DNA of 63,924 nt, filler included, from Lama guanicoe (GCA_013239625.1; 181 parts of 181 records of this genome joined end to end with filler, not necessarily neighbours in it), one strand, 5' to 3'; counted from the whole stretch's first letter, positions 36,066 to 48,590 are shown. Numbers and translations: made by a program. The notes: generated by a model not told the origin, from the letters alone.

Positions 36066-36319
36066 CCTCCTTCTGACTTAGTCACTTGGTATGATAACCT
36101 CTAGAGAAACATAAGACGCCACACAGAAACTGCCAGAGCTGGCGAGCAAAGCCGGCAAGGCAGCGGGGCGCAAGCCTGACGCGGAGAGACCTGCTGCGCT
36201 TCTTTGCATTAACAATGATGCATCAGAAAGGTGCTTAAAAGAACACCTTTTAAAATCACACCAAAAAAAGAAAATACTTAAGAATAAACTTGACCAAGGA
36301 GATGAAAGGCTTACATGCT
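36066..36319. mobile_element. L1 fragments: short antisense 3'UTR piece abutting a sense ORF2 piece
   Basis: CTGACTTA..CACTTGGTATGATAACCTCTAG followed by ..AAAATACTTAAGAATAAACTTGACCAAGGAGATGAAAG. Confidence 0.7.
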
Positions 36320-36419
36320 NNNNNNNNNNNNNNNNNNNNNNNNNNNNNNNNNNNNNNNNNNNNTTAATTAATTAANNNNNNNNNNNNNNNNNNNNNNNNN
36401 NNNNNNNNNNNNNNNNNNN

Positions 36420-36600
36420 TGGTTCTCATCATAAGAAAAATTTTTTTCTTTCTTTTCTTTTTACTGTATCTATATGAGAAGATAGATGTTAGGTGGACCT
36501 ATTGTGGTAATCATTTTACAGCATATATAAATTAAACCATCATGCTGTACACTTTAAACAGTGCTGTATGCCAAATACTTCTCAATAAAACTGGAAAATA
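36420..36600 (+). mobile_element. L1M 3' end
   Basis: GTTCTCATCATAAGAAAA..TATTGTGGTAATCATTT..CATGCTGTACAC..TCTCAATAAAACTGG. Confidence 0.8.
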
Positions 36601-36773
36601 TATGTAAAAAAGGAAGACTACAAATATACTTCAATAAAAAGATAAAGTAAAAAAAAGACTAATAATGAAAATANNNNNNNNNNNNNNNNNNNNNNNNNNN
36701 NNNNNNNNNNNNNNNNNTTAATTAATTAANNNNNNNNNNNNNNNNNNNNNNNNNNNNNNNNNNNNNNNNNNNN

Positions 36774-36996
36774 AGCAAAGTGTGTTCTCCAAAGACCACT
36801 GACACGAGCTTGAAGGGTATGTTCCTGCAGTGCTGTGGAAACCACAGGTGGTGCTGACCTGCTCAGAGATGTTGCTGGCCATCCGTTTGTCATTCTTTGA
36901 ATCCCCAGGTGTCACCAGCACCGCACCATCACTCAGCAACAGGTAAGAGAGCTGGTCTAGGATTTGCTCCAGCCCCTGGGTCATGGCAGAAGGCAT
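36774..36996 (-). pseudogene. LAMTOR4: LAMTOR4 processed pseudogene (partial)
   Basis: [53 protein letters not shown]/frameshift/[16 protein letters not shown] versus LAMTOR4 [69 protein letters not shown]; no introns. Confidence 0.9.
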
Positions 36997-37127
36997 CACA
37001 GCCCTAGGTGCTGGAGGGCGCTTTCTGNNNNNNNNNNNNNNNNNNNNNNNNNNNNNNNNNNNNNNNNNNNNTTAATTAATTAANNNNNNNNNNNNNNNNN
37101 NNNNNNNNNNNNNNNNNNNNNNNNNNN

Positions 37128-37381
37128 TTTGCTACCCCTCCCCTTGAGAGGTGGAGTCTAAGTCCTGCCCTCCCAAAGCTGGGCTAGTCTTAGGGACCGG
37201 CTTGACCAAGAGACCCCAGTGCAAGTCCAAAGCCAGGTCATCTTGGCTTTGTAGAACACTGGCTTTTGGAGCTGCCCTCTTGGAACCCAAGTGCCATGTT
37301 GTGAGCGCCCAAGCCACATGGAGAGGCCGCTGGAGGCCGCGGTCAACAGCGCAAACACGTGAGTGACCGTTTTGGACATCC
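37128..37381 (+). mobile_element. MLT1-type LTR fragment
   Basis: TTTGCTAC.CCTCCC.TGAGAGGTGGAGTCTA..GCCATGTTGTGAG..GCCCAAGCCACATGGAGAGGCC. Confidence 0.75.
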
Positions 37382-37481
37382 NNNNNNNNNNNNNNNNNNN
37401 NNNNNNNNNNNNNNNNNNNNNNNNNTTAATTAATTAANNNNNNNNNNNNNNNNNNNNNNNNNNNNNNNNNNNNNNNNNNNN

Positions 37482-37698
37482 TTCTCCATTGTATATTCTT
37501 GCCTCCTTTGTTGAAGATTAATTGACCATACGTGTGTGTGTTTATTTCTGGGCTCTCTATTCTATTCCATTGATCTTTGTGTCTGCTTTTGTACCAATAC
37601 CGTGCTGTTTTGATGACTGTAGCTTTGTAATATAGTCTGAAGTCAGGAAATGTGATTCCCCAGATCCATTCTACTTTTTCAAGACTGTTTTGGTGATT

Positions 37699-37700
<2 letters not shown>
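37482..37700 (-). mobile_element. L1 ORF2 fragment
   Basis: TTCTCCATTGTATATTCTTGCCTCCTTTG..TTTCTGGGCTCTCTATTCT..GTAGCTTTGTAATATAGTCTGAAGTCAGG. Confidence 0.9.

Positions 37701-37702
<2 letters not shown>

Positions 37703-37731
<29 letters not shown>
37703..37731 (+). repeat. (TG)n microsatellite at contig end
   Basis: About 14 TG units. Confidence 0.95.
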
Positions 37732-38185
37732 NNNNNNNNNNNNNNNNNNNNNNNNNNNNNNNNNNNNNNNNNNNNTTAATTAATTAANNNNNNNNNNNNN
37801 NNNNNNNNNNNNNNNNNNNNNNNNNNNNNNNCTGTTCGCCCGGTAGGTGGAAATCTGGGTGATACAACAGAAGATTTCTGAATAGTGGCCTCTCTGGTCG
37901 GCTGAGGCCACGAGTTGGGTCAGCAGTCCCAGACCAGCATCGTGGGGCCTCTCTTGGCTCATGAATATTGAGCAGAGGGGCACCTCCCGTCTTCAGCTTT
38001 ATGCTCTGCTTGGACGAACGTGTACGATCCTCCATTTGAACTGATATAAAAGGGCTCTTCTGCTCTGAACAAACACCTACAGTTCNNNNNNNNNNNNNNN
38101 NNNNNNNNNNNNNNNNNNNNNNNNNNNNNTTAATTAATTAANNNNNNNNNNNNNNNNNNNNNNNNNNNNNNNNNNNNNNNNNNNN

Positions 38186-38439
38186 AGCTTCTGACTTTCA
38201 CTCTGTAGGGACGCTCACCCTTAGAACCCAGCCATAACATTGTGAAGCCCAGGCCACCTAGTGAGCCTTTGTACACGCAGTTGTCCCAGCCTATGGCCCC
38301 AGCGAATGTCCTTAACCAAAGCCAGCTCCAGCTTCCAGACATGTGCATGAACAAGCCTTTAGATTATTCTAGGGCCCGCTTGATTCCAACTGGAGAAGAA
38401 ATAAGCTGGCTCCACTGAGCCTTGTCTAAACGCAGGTTT
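38186..38439 (+). mobile_element. MLT1-type LTR fragment
   Basis: AGAACCCAGCCA..TGTGAAGCCCAGGCCAC..CCAGACATGTG..ACTGAGCC. Confidence 0.6.
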
Positions 38440-39247
38440 NNNNNNNNNNNNNNNNNNNNNNNNNNNNNNNNNNNNNNNNNNNNTTAATTAATTAANNNNN
38501 NNNNNNNNNNNNNNNNNNNNNNNNNNNNNNNNNNNNNNNAAAAAAAATCAACCTCCACAGAAATGGGGAAGAATTTCTTTCAGCAATGTCTACCATCAGC
38601 TTACATTTTTAAAATTTTCTTTTTCATATTCCAGACAAATCACTCCCCAAGAAAAGCCACTACCTTTTACCCCACAGGCAAGAAGCAAGTGTCACAATTA
38701 CTCAATGTTAATGACACTGAACACTGCACAGCTTACCCCTGGAATCCCAGAGCCTCAGGCATACGGAGCAAACACCTTTACCAGGGAGACGGTNNNNNNN
38801 NNNNNNNNNNNNNNNNNNNNNNNNNNNNNNNNNNNNNTTAATTAATTAANNNNNNNNNNNNNNNNNNNNNNNNNNNNNNNNNNNNNNNNNNNNAATATAA
38901 ATAATTCAAAGCTAGAACTGAGTTTTTGCTGGCTTATAAAAAGAGCTGAGTTTGTGAGATGGGCCTCATGGACAAGAGCCATGGAAAACTCACACATTAC
39001 TTTTCAAAGGTGGATTCTATTGGATTTTCAATGTATAACCATTTTGGTTTCTAATTTAATTCCATTGTGGTTGAACACTATACATGGCACAATTTCAATC
39101 CTTTTAAATGTACTGATTCTTGTTTGATGACTTCGAATGTGGTGTTTNNNNNNNNNNNNNNNNNNNNNNNNNNNNNNNNNNNNNNNNNNNNTTAATTAAT
39201 TAANNNNNNNNNNNNNNNNNNNNNNNNNNNNNNNNNNNNNNNNNNNN

Positions 39248-39501
39248 CGGCAGAGGTCGCCCCCAGGCCAGGCCGCGGGGGAGAGAAGAAATGGAGAAGC
39301 TCCCTGGAACACATCCCCTCCCCCTGCGGCCTCCGCCCCCGCCTCCCAGGAGCAAGCTCACCTGAAGACCCACGTCCCGCCTCTAGGGCAGAAGAAGCCG
39401 CCCCTGGCTCCGCAGCCGGGGAGAGCGGAGCGAATAGACTGGCTTCCCCGCTGCAGACCCCTCCCCCCGTGGGCCCCGCAGCTTAACGACACCGCCTCCG
39501 C
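39248..39501. promoter_or_regulatory. CpG-island fragment
   Basis: High GC, many CpG, CCGCCC boxes. Confidence 0.5.
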
Positions 39502-39969
39502 NNNNNNNNNNNNNNNNNNNNNNNNNNNNNNNNNNNNNNNNNNNNTTAATTAATTAANNNNNNNNNNNNNNNNNNNNNNNNNNNNNNNNNNNNNNNNNNN
39601 NAACCCTCAACCCCAACACCTCTGGTCTATTATGAGGCGGTCACTTAAGGAAACACCAGCTGGCCTGGAGCAGGCCAATCTGGGACCAGCCTCCTCTCGG
39701 AGCCCTCCCTGGGCAGGCCCACTCCACTCATCTCCATGTGGAGGAAGGGGGAATTGAGGGGAGGTGTCCCCTCTGGGCAGAAACCAGCCATTGAACACAT
39801 GGTAATCTGGTGGTCCTGTCATGGCCGCACCTGAGGACACAGCTGGCAGGGGGAANNNNNNNNNNNNNNNNNNNNNNNNNNNNNNNNNNNNNNNNNNNNT
39901 TAATTAATTAANNNNNNNNNNNNNNNNNNNNNNNNNNNNNNNNNNNNNNNNNNNNACAGGGCTTCAGAG

Positions 39970-40209
39970 TGTTAGATATTTTCGGGAGAAAGTTTTATGA
40001 GCCAAATTCCTTGCATCTTCTCATAGAAAGATGCAAGTGTTTAAGAAAAACACTAAAATCATTGATGGAGACATCTGTTCCCTGTGACACTAAGCGGCAA
40101 CATTCTCCCAAGATTTGTGTTTGAATGCAGGTACCCCCCTCACCAAAATCATATATATACAGGCTTCCCTCCCACCTCGTCTTCAAAGTGGTCCCTCAGA
40201 GCCATCTGA
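39970..40209 (+). mobile_element. ERV1-type LTR 5' part
   Basis: Begins TGTTAGA; CCCCCTCACCAAAATCATATATATAC..CTCAGAGC.ATCTGA LTR motifs. Confidence 0.6.
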
Positions 40210-41371
40210 NNNNNNNNNNNNNNNNNNNNNNNNNNNNNNNNNNNNNNNNNNNNTTAATTAATTAANNNNNNNNNNNNNNNNNNNNNNNNNNNNNNNNNNN
40301 NNNNNNNNNGGTAGTCCGGAGATTAACCACTGCAAGAAATCGTTACTATCCTATGGCTCGAGGTCCTGCAAAGGAGGGACCCTAGCCACAGCTGAGTCAG
40401 GGCTATCCTGTTGGTAGTTGGCACCACAAATGAGTTGCAGCCGTTTTTAAAGACAAAGGAGGAGTTACTTCTCTTCTGACTTCTCCCCTTCTTCCAACTT
40501 TCCTCTAATTCTTTCCCCTTCCCCCAACAATAGCCAGAAGCAGAAGGGAGCTGGGAGGAGAAANNNNNNNNNNNNNNNNNNNNNNNNNNNNNNNNNNNNN
40601 NNNNNNNTTAATTAATTAANNNNNNNNNNNNNNNNNNNNNNNNNNNNNNNNNNNNNNNNNNNNTTCGAAGTCTTCGTGATGGAAAAATTCTAAAACCATT
40701 GCTCCAAAGCGTCCTAGTCACCTAAGAATTGTTTATGCACATCTGCTTCTCTTCCCATCTGAGCTAATCTGCCGATTCCCACCAAGTCGTCTGTACTCCG
40801 GGAGCAAGACACATCATGCACCTGGTCAGACGTACTCAGTGCCTGAATAAGTGAATGACTGAGTGAACGAATGAATGCCTTCACACTCTTCCCCTTGCCT
40901 GGATTCTCCTTCTCCACNNNNNNNNNNNNNNNNNNNNNNNNNNNNNNNNNNNNNNNNNNNNTTAATTAATTAANNNNNNNNNNNNNNNNNNNNNNNNNNN
41001 NNNNNNNNNNNNNNNNNACTTGCTTTTGTACTTCCTCCCTTACCCCATGAGTATTTTGAAGCAAATCCCAAACACTATATTATTATATTATTTGAATATG
41101 TGCATTCAAAAAGCGAGGACTTTTTAGGAAAAAATATTATATTATCATTAACATTATTACATATTAAAAATTAGCAACAATTCCTTAATAGCATCGGCTA
41201 TTCACACATCATATCATTTAAAATATTTATGTATGCCTCTGAAAGAGGTGAGGACTTTAAAGGGAAAAAAANNNNNNNNNNNNNNNNNNNNNNNNNNNNN
41301 NNNNNNNNNNNNNNNTTAATTAATTAANNNNNNNNNNNNNNNNNNNNNNNNNNNNNNNNNNNNNNNNNNNN

Positions 41372-41625
41372 GAATGATCAAAGTACTGAAGGAACTAAAA
41401 GAGATAGTGTTTAGAAATGAAAATATGTCAAAAATGAAATTGAACCTATAAAGAAAAACCAAGTAGAATTGGTAAACTCATTGGCTGAGATCAGGAATGA
41501 TATAAAGGCTTTGTAAAGCCGACTAGATAATGAAGAGGAACAAATTAGTGACCTAGAAGACAGGACAATAGGAAGAACCCAATCAGAAGAGCTACAAGAT
41601 AAACAAATAAAAACAAATGAAAATA
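41372..41625 (+). mobile_element. L1 ORF1 coiled-coil fragment
   Basis: Encodes degenerate ..RLDNEEEQISDLEDRT..; A-rich. Confidence 0.85.
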
Positions 41626-41734
41626 NNNNNNNNNNNNNNNNNNNNNNNNNNNNNNNNNNNNNNNNNNNNTTAATTAATTAANNNNNNNNNNNNNNNNNNN
41701 NNNNNNNNNNNNNNNNNNNNNNNNNAAAAAAAAA

Positions 41735-41979
41735 ATCTGTTCAGATTTTTACTTCTTGGTGATTCAGTGTTGCTAGGTTGTGTGTTTCTAGGAATTTATC
41801 CATTTCATGTAGGTTACTAATTTGTTGGCATAGAATTGTTCCTAGTAGTCTTTTAGTCATTTCTATTTATATAAAATCAGTTGTAAAGTTTCCTCTTTTC
41901 CTTTCTGGTTTTAGTTATTGAATCTTCTCTCTTATTTTTCCTTAGTCAATGTATCTAAAGGTTTGTCAATTTTGTTGAT
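41735..41979 (-). mobile_element. L1 ORF2 fragment
   Basis: TTTCTAGGAATTTATCCATTTC..CTAAAGGTTTGTCAATTTTGTTGAT. Confidence 0.85.
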
Positions 41980-43859
41980 NNNNNNNNNNNNNNNNNNNNN
42001 NNNNNNNNNNNNNNNNNNNNNNNTTAATTAATTAANNNNNNNNNNNNNNNNNNNNNNNNNNNNNNNNNNNNNNNNNNNNTTCACTTTCCTGTTAATATTT
42101 TACATGAATTAAGAGGTGAGTTTACATGGTTGCTTTCCTTCATTAGTCACAGAGCAAAAGACCTAATTCTCCTTAAAAAGTCTAATTCTCTTTAAGTTGC
42201 TGTCTCCCAAAGGGGTAGATGTTTAGCTGACTATACGTATCGGCTTTTATTTTTTATTTTTATTTATTGTCAAAATCCCTGTGGTACTTGGAAGCTACCA
42301 AATTGATTTTAGATATCTAAAATTTGTAATGGANNNNNNNNNNNNNNNNNNNNNNNNNNNNNNNNNNNNNNNNNNNNTTAATTAATTAANNNNNNNNNNN
42401 NNNNNNNNNNNNNNNNNNNNNNNNNNNNNNNNNTCTGCCGACTCTTGAGCTGTGAGGCCATGAGCAAGTTATTTCTACCCGTTTTCCCACCTCCTAGGGC
42501 TCTGACGGAATGCTCGCCCTCAGGCTTAGCAGGCCCCGCGCTCCTCCTTCTCCTCCGTGCCGCCCAGCTCTTATTCCTGCCTGTGGTGCCGTCTCCCTTT
42601 TCTGGGCTCCTGCTTGGCTCTGGGATGTTACTCTGTCCGTGTCCTGGGGCTGACTGAGCGGCTTAGAACAATAGGCATAGCAGCTCTNNNNNNNNNNNNN
42701 NNNNNNNNNNNNNNNNNNNNNNNNNNNNNNNTTAATTAATTAANNNNNNNNNNNNNNNNNNNNNNNNNNNNNNNNNNNNNNNNNNNNAAAATGATTGAAA
42801 ATTTGCCTAAAATGAGAATTCACGTCTCATTTTTTTAAAAGTTGACAATCACCCTTTTGACTTTATAATGTGAGTTGATTTACAAAATGACCACAGTTTT
42901 AATAACCTAATTGGATTTTCTCTGACTGCTTCTTCTCCCCCAATAAATTCTGCCCTGCTGCTTTGCCTCTTCTTTGAACTTCCGCTTCTGGTTGAGTTTG
43001 GCCAATGGGAGATTAGAGTGAGGAGGAGACAGGATGGATTCNNNNNNNNNNNNNNNNNNNNNNNNNNNNNNNNNNNNNNNNNNNNTTAATTAATTAANNN
43101 NNNNNNNNNNNNNNNNNNNNNNNNNNNNNNNNNNNNNNNNNAGTATTGATGTTAGAGTTTAATAAAGAAAAGTTACTGGACTTTTTTTTCTGAGTTAAAC
43201 TACATACACGAACATTCGTGTATTTTAACTCTTGCTGCGTTGTTAAGAGTCACTTTTCAACGTCATGCTGGATGTCAAAAGGCAAATGGGGCTTATTTAA
43301 AATAATTCCATCCTAGAGGAAACTTTTTCTGAAATGCACTTATTCCCTTGGTGAGGCCTTTATTCTTCTTTCTTCAAGTTGCTCATCACCCATTCNNNNN
43401 NNNNNNNNNNNNNNNNNNNNNNNNNNNNNNNNNNNNNNNTTAATTAATTAANNNNNNNNNNNNNNNNNNNNNNNNNNNNNNNNNNNNNNNNNNNNCATGG
43501 AGAGCTCTGAAGCTTCTCTAGTCCCCTGGGGTTTTCCTAGGTTGGTGTGAGGGGTCCAGGCCAGTTATTGGATGTGGGCTACCTGAAGAAGGTAGAGTGA
43601 CCTTGGGCATGACAACACTTTCAGCAGAGGCCTCTCTAGGAGAGGGCTGCCAGGAAGTTTGCACCCTTCCCAGCAACTGGAGGAATCAGTCCTGGGTGGA
43701 ACTGAATAGCATGTACGGTAGCTCACTAAACTCCTGATATGCCTGAAAANNNNNNNNNNNNNNNNNNNNNNNNNNNNNNNNNNNNNNNNNNNNTTAATTA
43801 ATTAANNNNNNNNNNNNNNNNNNNNNNNNNNNNNNNNNNNNNNNNNNNNTCTAAACCCA

Positions 43860-44052
43860 CCTGGGCCTGTATACTCCTGGACCTGAACACTCCTGTGACT
43901 GATCCCCCCTGTGTCTGCACACTCATGGGCCTGTACACTCCTGGGCATGCACACCCCTGTCACTGCACACTCCGGTGTCTGCACACTCCTCGGCTGGCAC
44001 ACTGTTTAGATTGCTCCCTCCTGTGCCTGCACACTACTGGGCCTGCTCCCAC
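43860..44052 (-). repeat. Diverged 16-bp tandem repeat (+ consensus ~CTGGGCCTGCACACTC), ~12 units
   Basis: CTGGGCCTGTATACTC, CTGGACCTGAACACTC, CTGTGTCTGCACACTC, ATGGGCCTGTACACTC and so on. Confidence 0.9.
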
Positions 44053-46327
44053 CTATGCCGACACAATCTTCGACTGTCCCTCTTATGCCGTCACAATCCT
44101 GGGNNNNNNNNNNNNNNNNNNNNNNNNNNNNNNNNNNNNNNNNNNNNTTAATTAATTAANNNNNNNNNNNNNNNNNNNNNNNNNNNNNNNNNNNNNNNNN
44201 NNNTATGTAAATACTGTGGGTATTTTATATTCATTCCAAATGCTGATACGGTTAGCTTGATATCTAAAGGTAGTAATTAAAAAAAATAATCGCAGTCGAC
44301 TTGATGTGTCCGTGTAAAGGCTGAGAGGATCAATCCCTGCCTTAAATATAAGTGAAGAAATAAGAGACCATTTCACACATTTTGGAAAAATAATATGTTT
44401 CCCCTCTTACTCTCCACTTGAAAAGACCAGGAAATTCAGGAAATTGTTCAAGTTTCTNNNNNNNNNNNNNNNNNNNNNNNNNNNNNNNNNNNNNNNNNNN
44501 NTTAATTAATTAANNNNNNNNNNNNNNNNNNNNNNNNNNNNNNNNNNNNNNNNNNNNTCATTTGCATCAGCTACGCGTCGACACACAGCCTCAAAGCCCC
44601 CAACGCATACTTGGAAGGCCTGGGCCCTCCGTGAGACGGCGTGGCTCCTATTTCAGGCTGGGTAACCATTAAAAAATGGCCAGCTCAAGATTATGCTGCA
44701 TCTTGCCCAACGAAAGCCAATAAGATGACACCAATAAGATGGAGACTTGATTGTAGGAAGGGCACAGAGCAGAAGCCAGGAACAAAGCTTGCCTGAGGCC
44801 TGCTGAGATCTNNNNNNNNNNNNNNNNNNNNNNNNNNNNNNNNNNNNNNNNNNNNTTAATTAATTAANNNNNNNNNNNNNNNNNNNNNNNNNNNNNNNNN
44901 NNNNNNNNNNNTCAGAAAGAGCACACATTTATGACAGTTAAGCTTCACCATGTTCCGGTAAGAGACTGGGTGCACGTTAAGAATACGTCTTGGTTGTCAT
45001 GTTTTTTTCATTTTGCTTGTGCTTCTAACTGCCCGGGCATGATCCTTTCTTCCTGTTCCTCCTCCTTTGTTAAAACAAAGAGTATTTGCAGAAAACAGGT
45101 TGTCAGTACCTTTCTTTCTACCTGTATAAACCCTTGAGGTTTAAAAATAAACATCAAAAAAAAAANNNNNNNNNNNNNNNNNNNNNNNNNNNNNNNNNNN
45201 NNNNNNNNNTTAATTAATTAANNNNNNNNNNNNNNNNNNNNNNNNNNNNNNNNNNNNNNNNNNNNCATAGTTTAATCTATTAAATTCCTTTCCTAGGTGT
45301 ACACCTAACTCTTGATGGTCCCAAGGAAACAATGCCATCTTTGGGCTATACCCAGCCTAAGGTTCTTACAATTTATGATAAAGAATAACTGCCGCCAGTT
45401 TCCTTGAGGCTGACTGTGAAAACCAATCACAATTTACTAACGTCCAATTTCAAAGCCAAAGTGCCCCAATAGTAACATTCCATTATAACACAAAAAGAGT
45501 GATTTTAAGCTAATTCTGTNNNNNNNNNNNNNNNNNNNNNNNNNNNNNNNNNNNNNNNNNNNNTTAATTAATTAANNNNNNNNNNNNNNNNNNNNNNNNN
45601 NNNNNNNNNNNNNNNNNNNCATATGTAAACATACATACCCAACAAACATTTGCACAGATTGGCATTGCTGGCACACAGGAACCCCCTCCTGGATTTAAGA
45701 ATGGGTTCAGCTTTCTTTCCTGTTCTTTAAGATGGTGCAAGTTGGGAATGTCAGGACAGGAAGAAAGTGCTTTAGTTAAGCAGATTCTGGTATTTCTTCC
45801 TGTCCACACACTTCCAGAAGGCTGTTAAACAAGTGGAGAATGGATGTGGGGAGGAGGTCCTCTTTCTGGGGAGNNNNNNNNNNNNNNNNNNNNNNNNNNN
45901 NNNNNNNNNNNNNNNNNTTAATTAATTAANNNNNNNNNNNNNNNNNNNNNNNNNNNNNNNNNNNNNNNNNNNNAAAAAAAAGTGCATGCCTGGATATAAT
46001 GTATCATTTAAAAGTAGCTGTAAATTTTAATCTTTATCAGTATCATTCTCATCACCATATTTTACATTCACCTCCCTTGTCATCCACTATAATTGCATGA
46101 TTTTATAGTTTCCAATTATCTATTTGTGCTTTGCCCATTTGATTCTCACAAAAACCTCTGCAGGGTTGCTTATTCAAGTATTATGTTCCTTCACTGGAAA
46201 TTTATTGATGTATACAGGAAGAAAAAANNNNNNNNNNNNNNNNNNNNNNNNNNNNNNNNNNNNNNNNNNNNTTAATTAATTAANNNNNNNNNNNNNNNNN
46301 NNNNNNNNNNNNNNNNNNNNNNNNNNN

Positions 46328-46486
46328 TATTTTCAGTTTTTAAAGGAACCTTCATAGTGTCTCCCATAGTGTCTACACCAATACACATTCCCACCACTCA
46401 TTATACGTGTATATATCACTGAATCATTTTGCTATACTGGTGAAAAAATTACAGTATTGAAAATCAACTATAGTGCCATAAAAAAA
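46328..46486. mobile_element. L1 with an antisense ORF2-end piece joined to a sense 3' end and A tail
   Basis: Antisense TTTTTAAAGGAACCT..ACATTCCCACCA, then sense TATATATCACTGAATCA..GAAAATCAACTATA..AAAAAA. Confidence 0.7.
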
Positions 46487-47039
46487 CTATTTTGTATTAT
46501 GAAAGTCTTTAACATCATATTAGGTAATTGCCTCTCATGCAAAATGAAAACTGATATTTTAGAGATATATTTTAAGAGAGCNNNNNNNNNNNNNNNNNNN
46601 NNNNNNNNNNNNNNNNNNNNNNNNNTTAATTAATTAANNNNNNNNNNNNNNNNNNNNNNNNNNNNNNNNNNNNNNNNNNNNGGAGACTCTGAAAGAGAGA
46701 GACAGTGAGAGAGGCTGAGAGGTCAGGACTACAGAGGAAGGCCAGCTGGCTGCCTCGTGGGATTGCATTTACCCCACCACGGCGGCCAGATTCCATGGGC
46801 CCGTCCTCTTTGCCTACGTATTCATTTACAGAGGACATGAGTTTTTAGGGACCAGAATGCTCACGTCCACTACTTAGTATGCTTTCTTTTCTTTTTTTAG
46901 AATAACTGGAGAGCTGAATTAATAGATTTTTTTAANNNNNNNNNNNNNNNNNNNNNNNNNNNNNNNNNNNNNNNNNNNNTTAATTAATTAANNNNNNNNN
47001 NNNNNNNNNNNNNNNNNNNNNNNNNNNNNNNNNNNAACT

Positions 47040-47185
47040 GGGGCAACGGTATAGCTCAGTGGAAGAGTGGGTGCTCAGCAAACATGAGGTCCTGGGTTCA
47101 ATCCCCAGTACCTCCAGTAAATAAACAAACAAATCTAATTACCTCCCCCTCAAGTTTAAAAAAAACACAAAAACAGAAAAACCCA
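47040..47185 (+). mobile_element. Camelid Vic-1-like tRNA-derived SINE with A-rich tail
   Basis: A box (TAGCTCAGTGG), B box (GGTTCAATCCC), CAGTACCTCC..CTAATTACCTCCCCC, A-rich tail. Confidence 0.85.
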
Positions 47186-47743
47186 AATACCTCAGAACAG
47201 CGTAACTTTTGTCCAGCAATTCCACGGCTAAAGAGCACACTGTAAAGAAATAATCAGTGATACACTGAAAGATCTCTATCCATCAGTGTNNNNNNNNNNN
47301 NNNNNNNNNNNNNNNNNNNNNNNNNNNNNNNNNTTAATTAATTAANNNNNNNNNNNNNNNNNNNNNNNNNNNNNNNNNNNNNNNNNNNNGACACCCCTTG
47401 TCCACTTCAAGGTTTTGGAAGCTTGAGATAATGTGTAGTTCGTGATGGTCCGGGGTTCACTCACATACTTCCAAGTTCTTAGAAAACCACATAGAACACC
47501 TGTCTGTGATTCTGCTAAGGGCCCCACCTGGTCAAACCTCTAAGGAGATGTTCCAGTGTCAGCCAGTCATGGAAAGCTTGCGGTTCAGCTGTGAGGATCT
47601 GTAGTCAGGCTGCACGGGCCGTCCAATCCCCTTACAAGTCACCNNNNNNNNNNNNNNNNNNNNNNNNNNNNNNNNNNNNNNNNNNNNTTAATTAATTAAN
47701 NNNNNNNNNNNNNNNNNNNNNNNNNNNNNNNNNNNNNNNNNNN

Positions 47744-47995
47744 AGGTTACTACAAGATACTGAATATAGTTCCCTGTGCTGTACAGTAGAAATTTGTTGT
47801 TTATTTTATAGACAGTAGTTAGTGTCTGCAAATCTCAAACTCCCAATTTGAATCTTTAAGTTTCCCAATCCATCTTATAACATTAAAAACTCATCCAATA
47901 TATATTAATATATACTGTGTTAGATTCCAGGTTGTATCAAAGCTGAAGATCACTGGAATTTGACACAACATTGTAAAATGATTATAAATCAATAA
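47744..47995. mobile_element. Two L1 3'-end fragments in opposite orientation
   Basis: Antisense AGGTTACTACAAGATA.TGAATATAGTTCCCTGTGCT (47744-47850); sense GACACAACATTGTAAA.TGA.TATA..TCAATAA (~47930-47995). Confidence 0.75.
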
Positions 47996-48449
47996 NNNNN
48001 NNNNNNNNNNNNNNNNNNNNNNNNNNNNNNNNNNNNNNNTTAATTAATTAANNNNNNNNNNNNNNNNNNNNNNNNNNNNNNNNNNNNNNNNNNNNAAATT
48101 CACCTGACTTGACTGCTATCCACTCTGCATGTCTCTGCTTCGTTCATAGGGATGTATCATCAGATGCCTAGCAGAAAAGCAAATGCACGCTGTCTGCTGA
48201 ATGCTCTCAATCTATCAGCACAGTGACACCATCAGGAAAAATGAAAGTAGGAAAGGACCAAAGGAAGCAAGGTTCATCTGGCCTGACTGGCTCTTGGCAA
48301 AGCCACACTGACCCAGAGGGGTCCCTACTGCCCCTTCCAAGAGCTCATTNNNNNNNNNNNNNNNNNNNNNNNNNNNNNNNNNNNNNNNNNNNNTTAATTA
48401 ATTAANNNNNNNNNNNNNNNNNNNNNNNNNNNNNNNNNNNNNNNNNNNN

Positions 48450-48590
48450 AGAATGTCACTTCCTTGAAGGCAGTGATTTTTGTCTCTTTTATTTAATAAC
48501 CTTATTCCCAGCACCTAGAACGATGCCTGACATATACTGGACACTCAATAAAGATCCGCTGAATGAGTGAGTGAGGGAAGGAATGAAAAT
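48450..48590 (+). mobile_element. L2 3' end
   Basis: AGAATGT..CTTCCTTGAAGGCAG..CCCAGCACCTAGAAC.ATGCCTGACA..CACTCAATAAA..TGAATGA. Confidence 0.8.

Noticed and set aside
47040..47115. tRNA gene
   Set aside because: It has A and B boxes but no clean cloverleaf; it has a SINE tail and a second diverged copy at 14233
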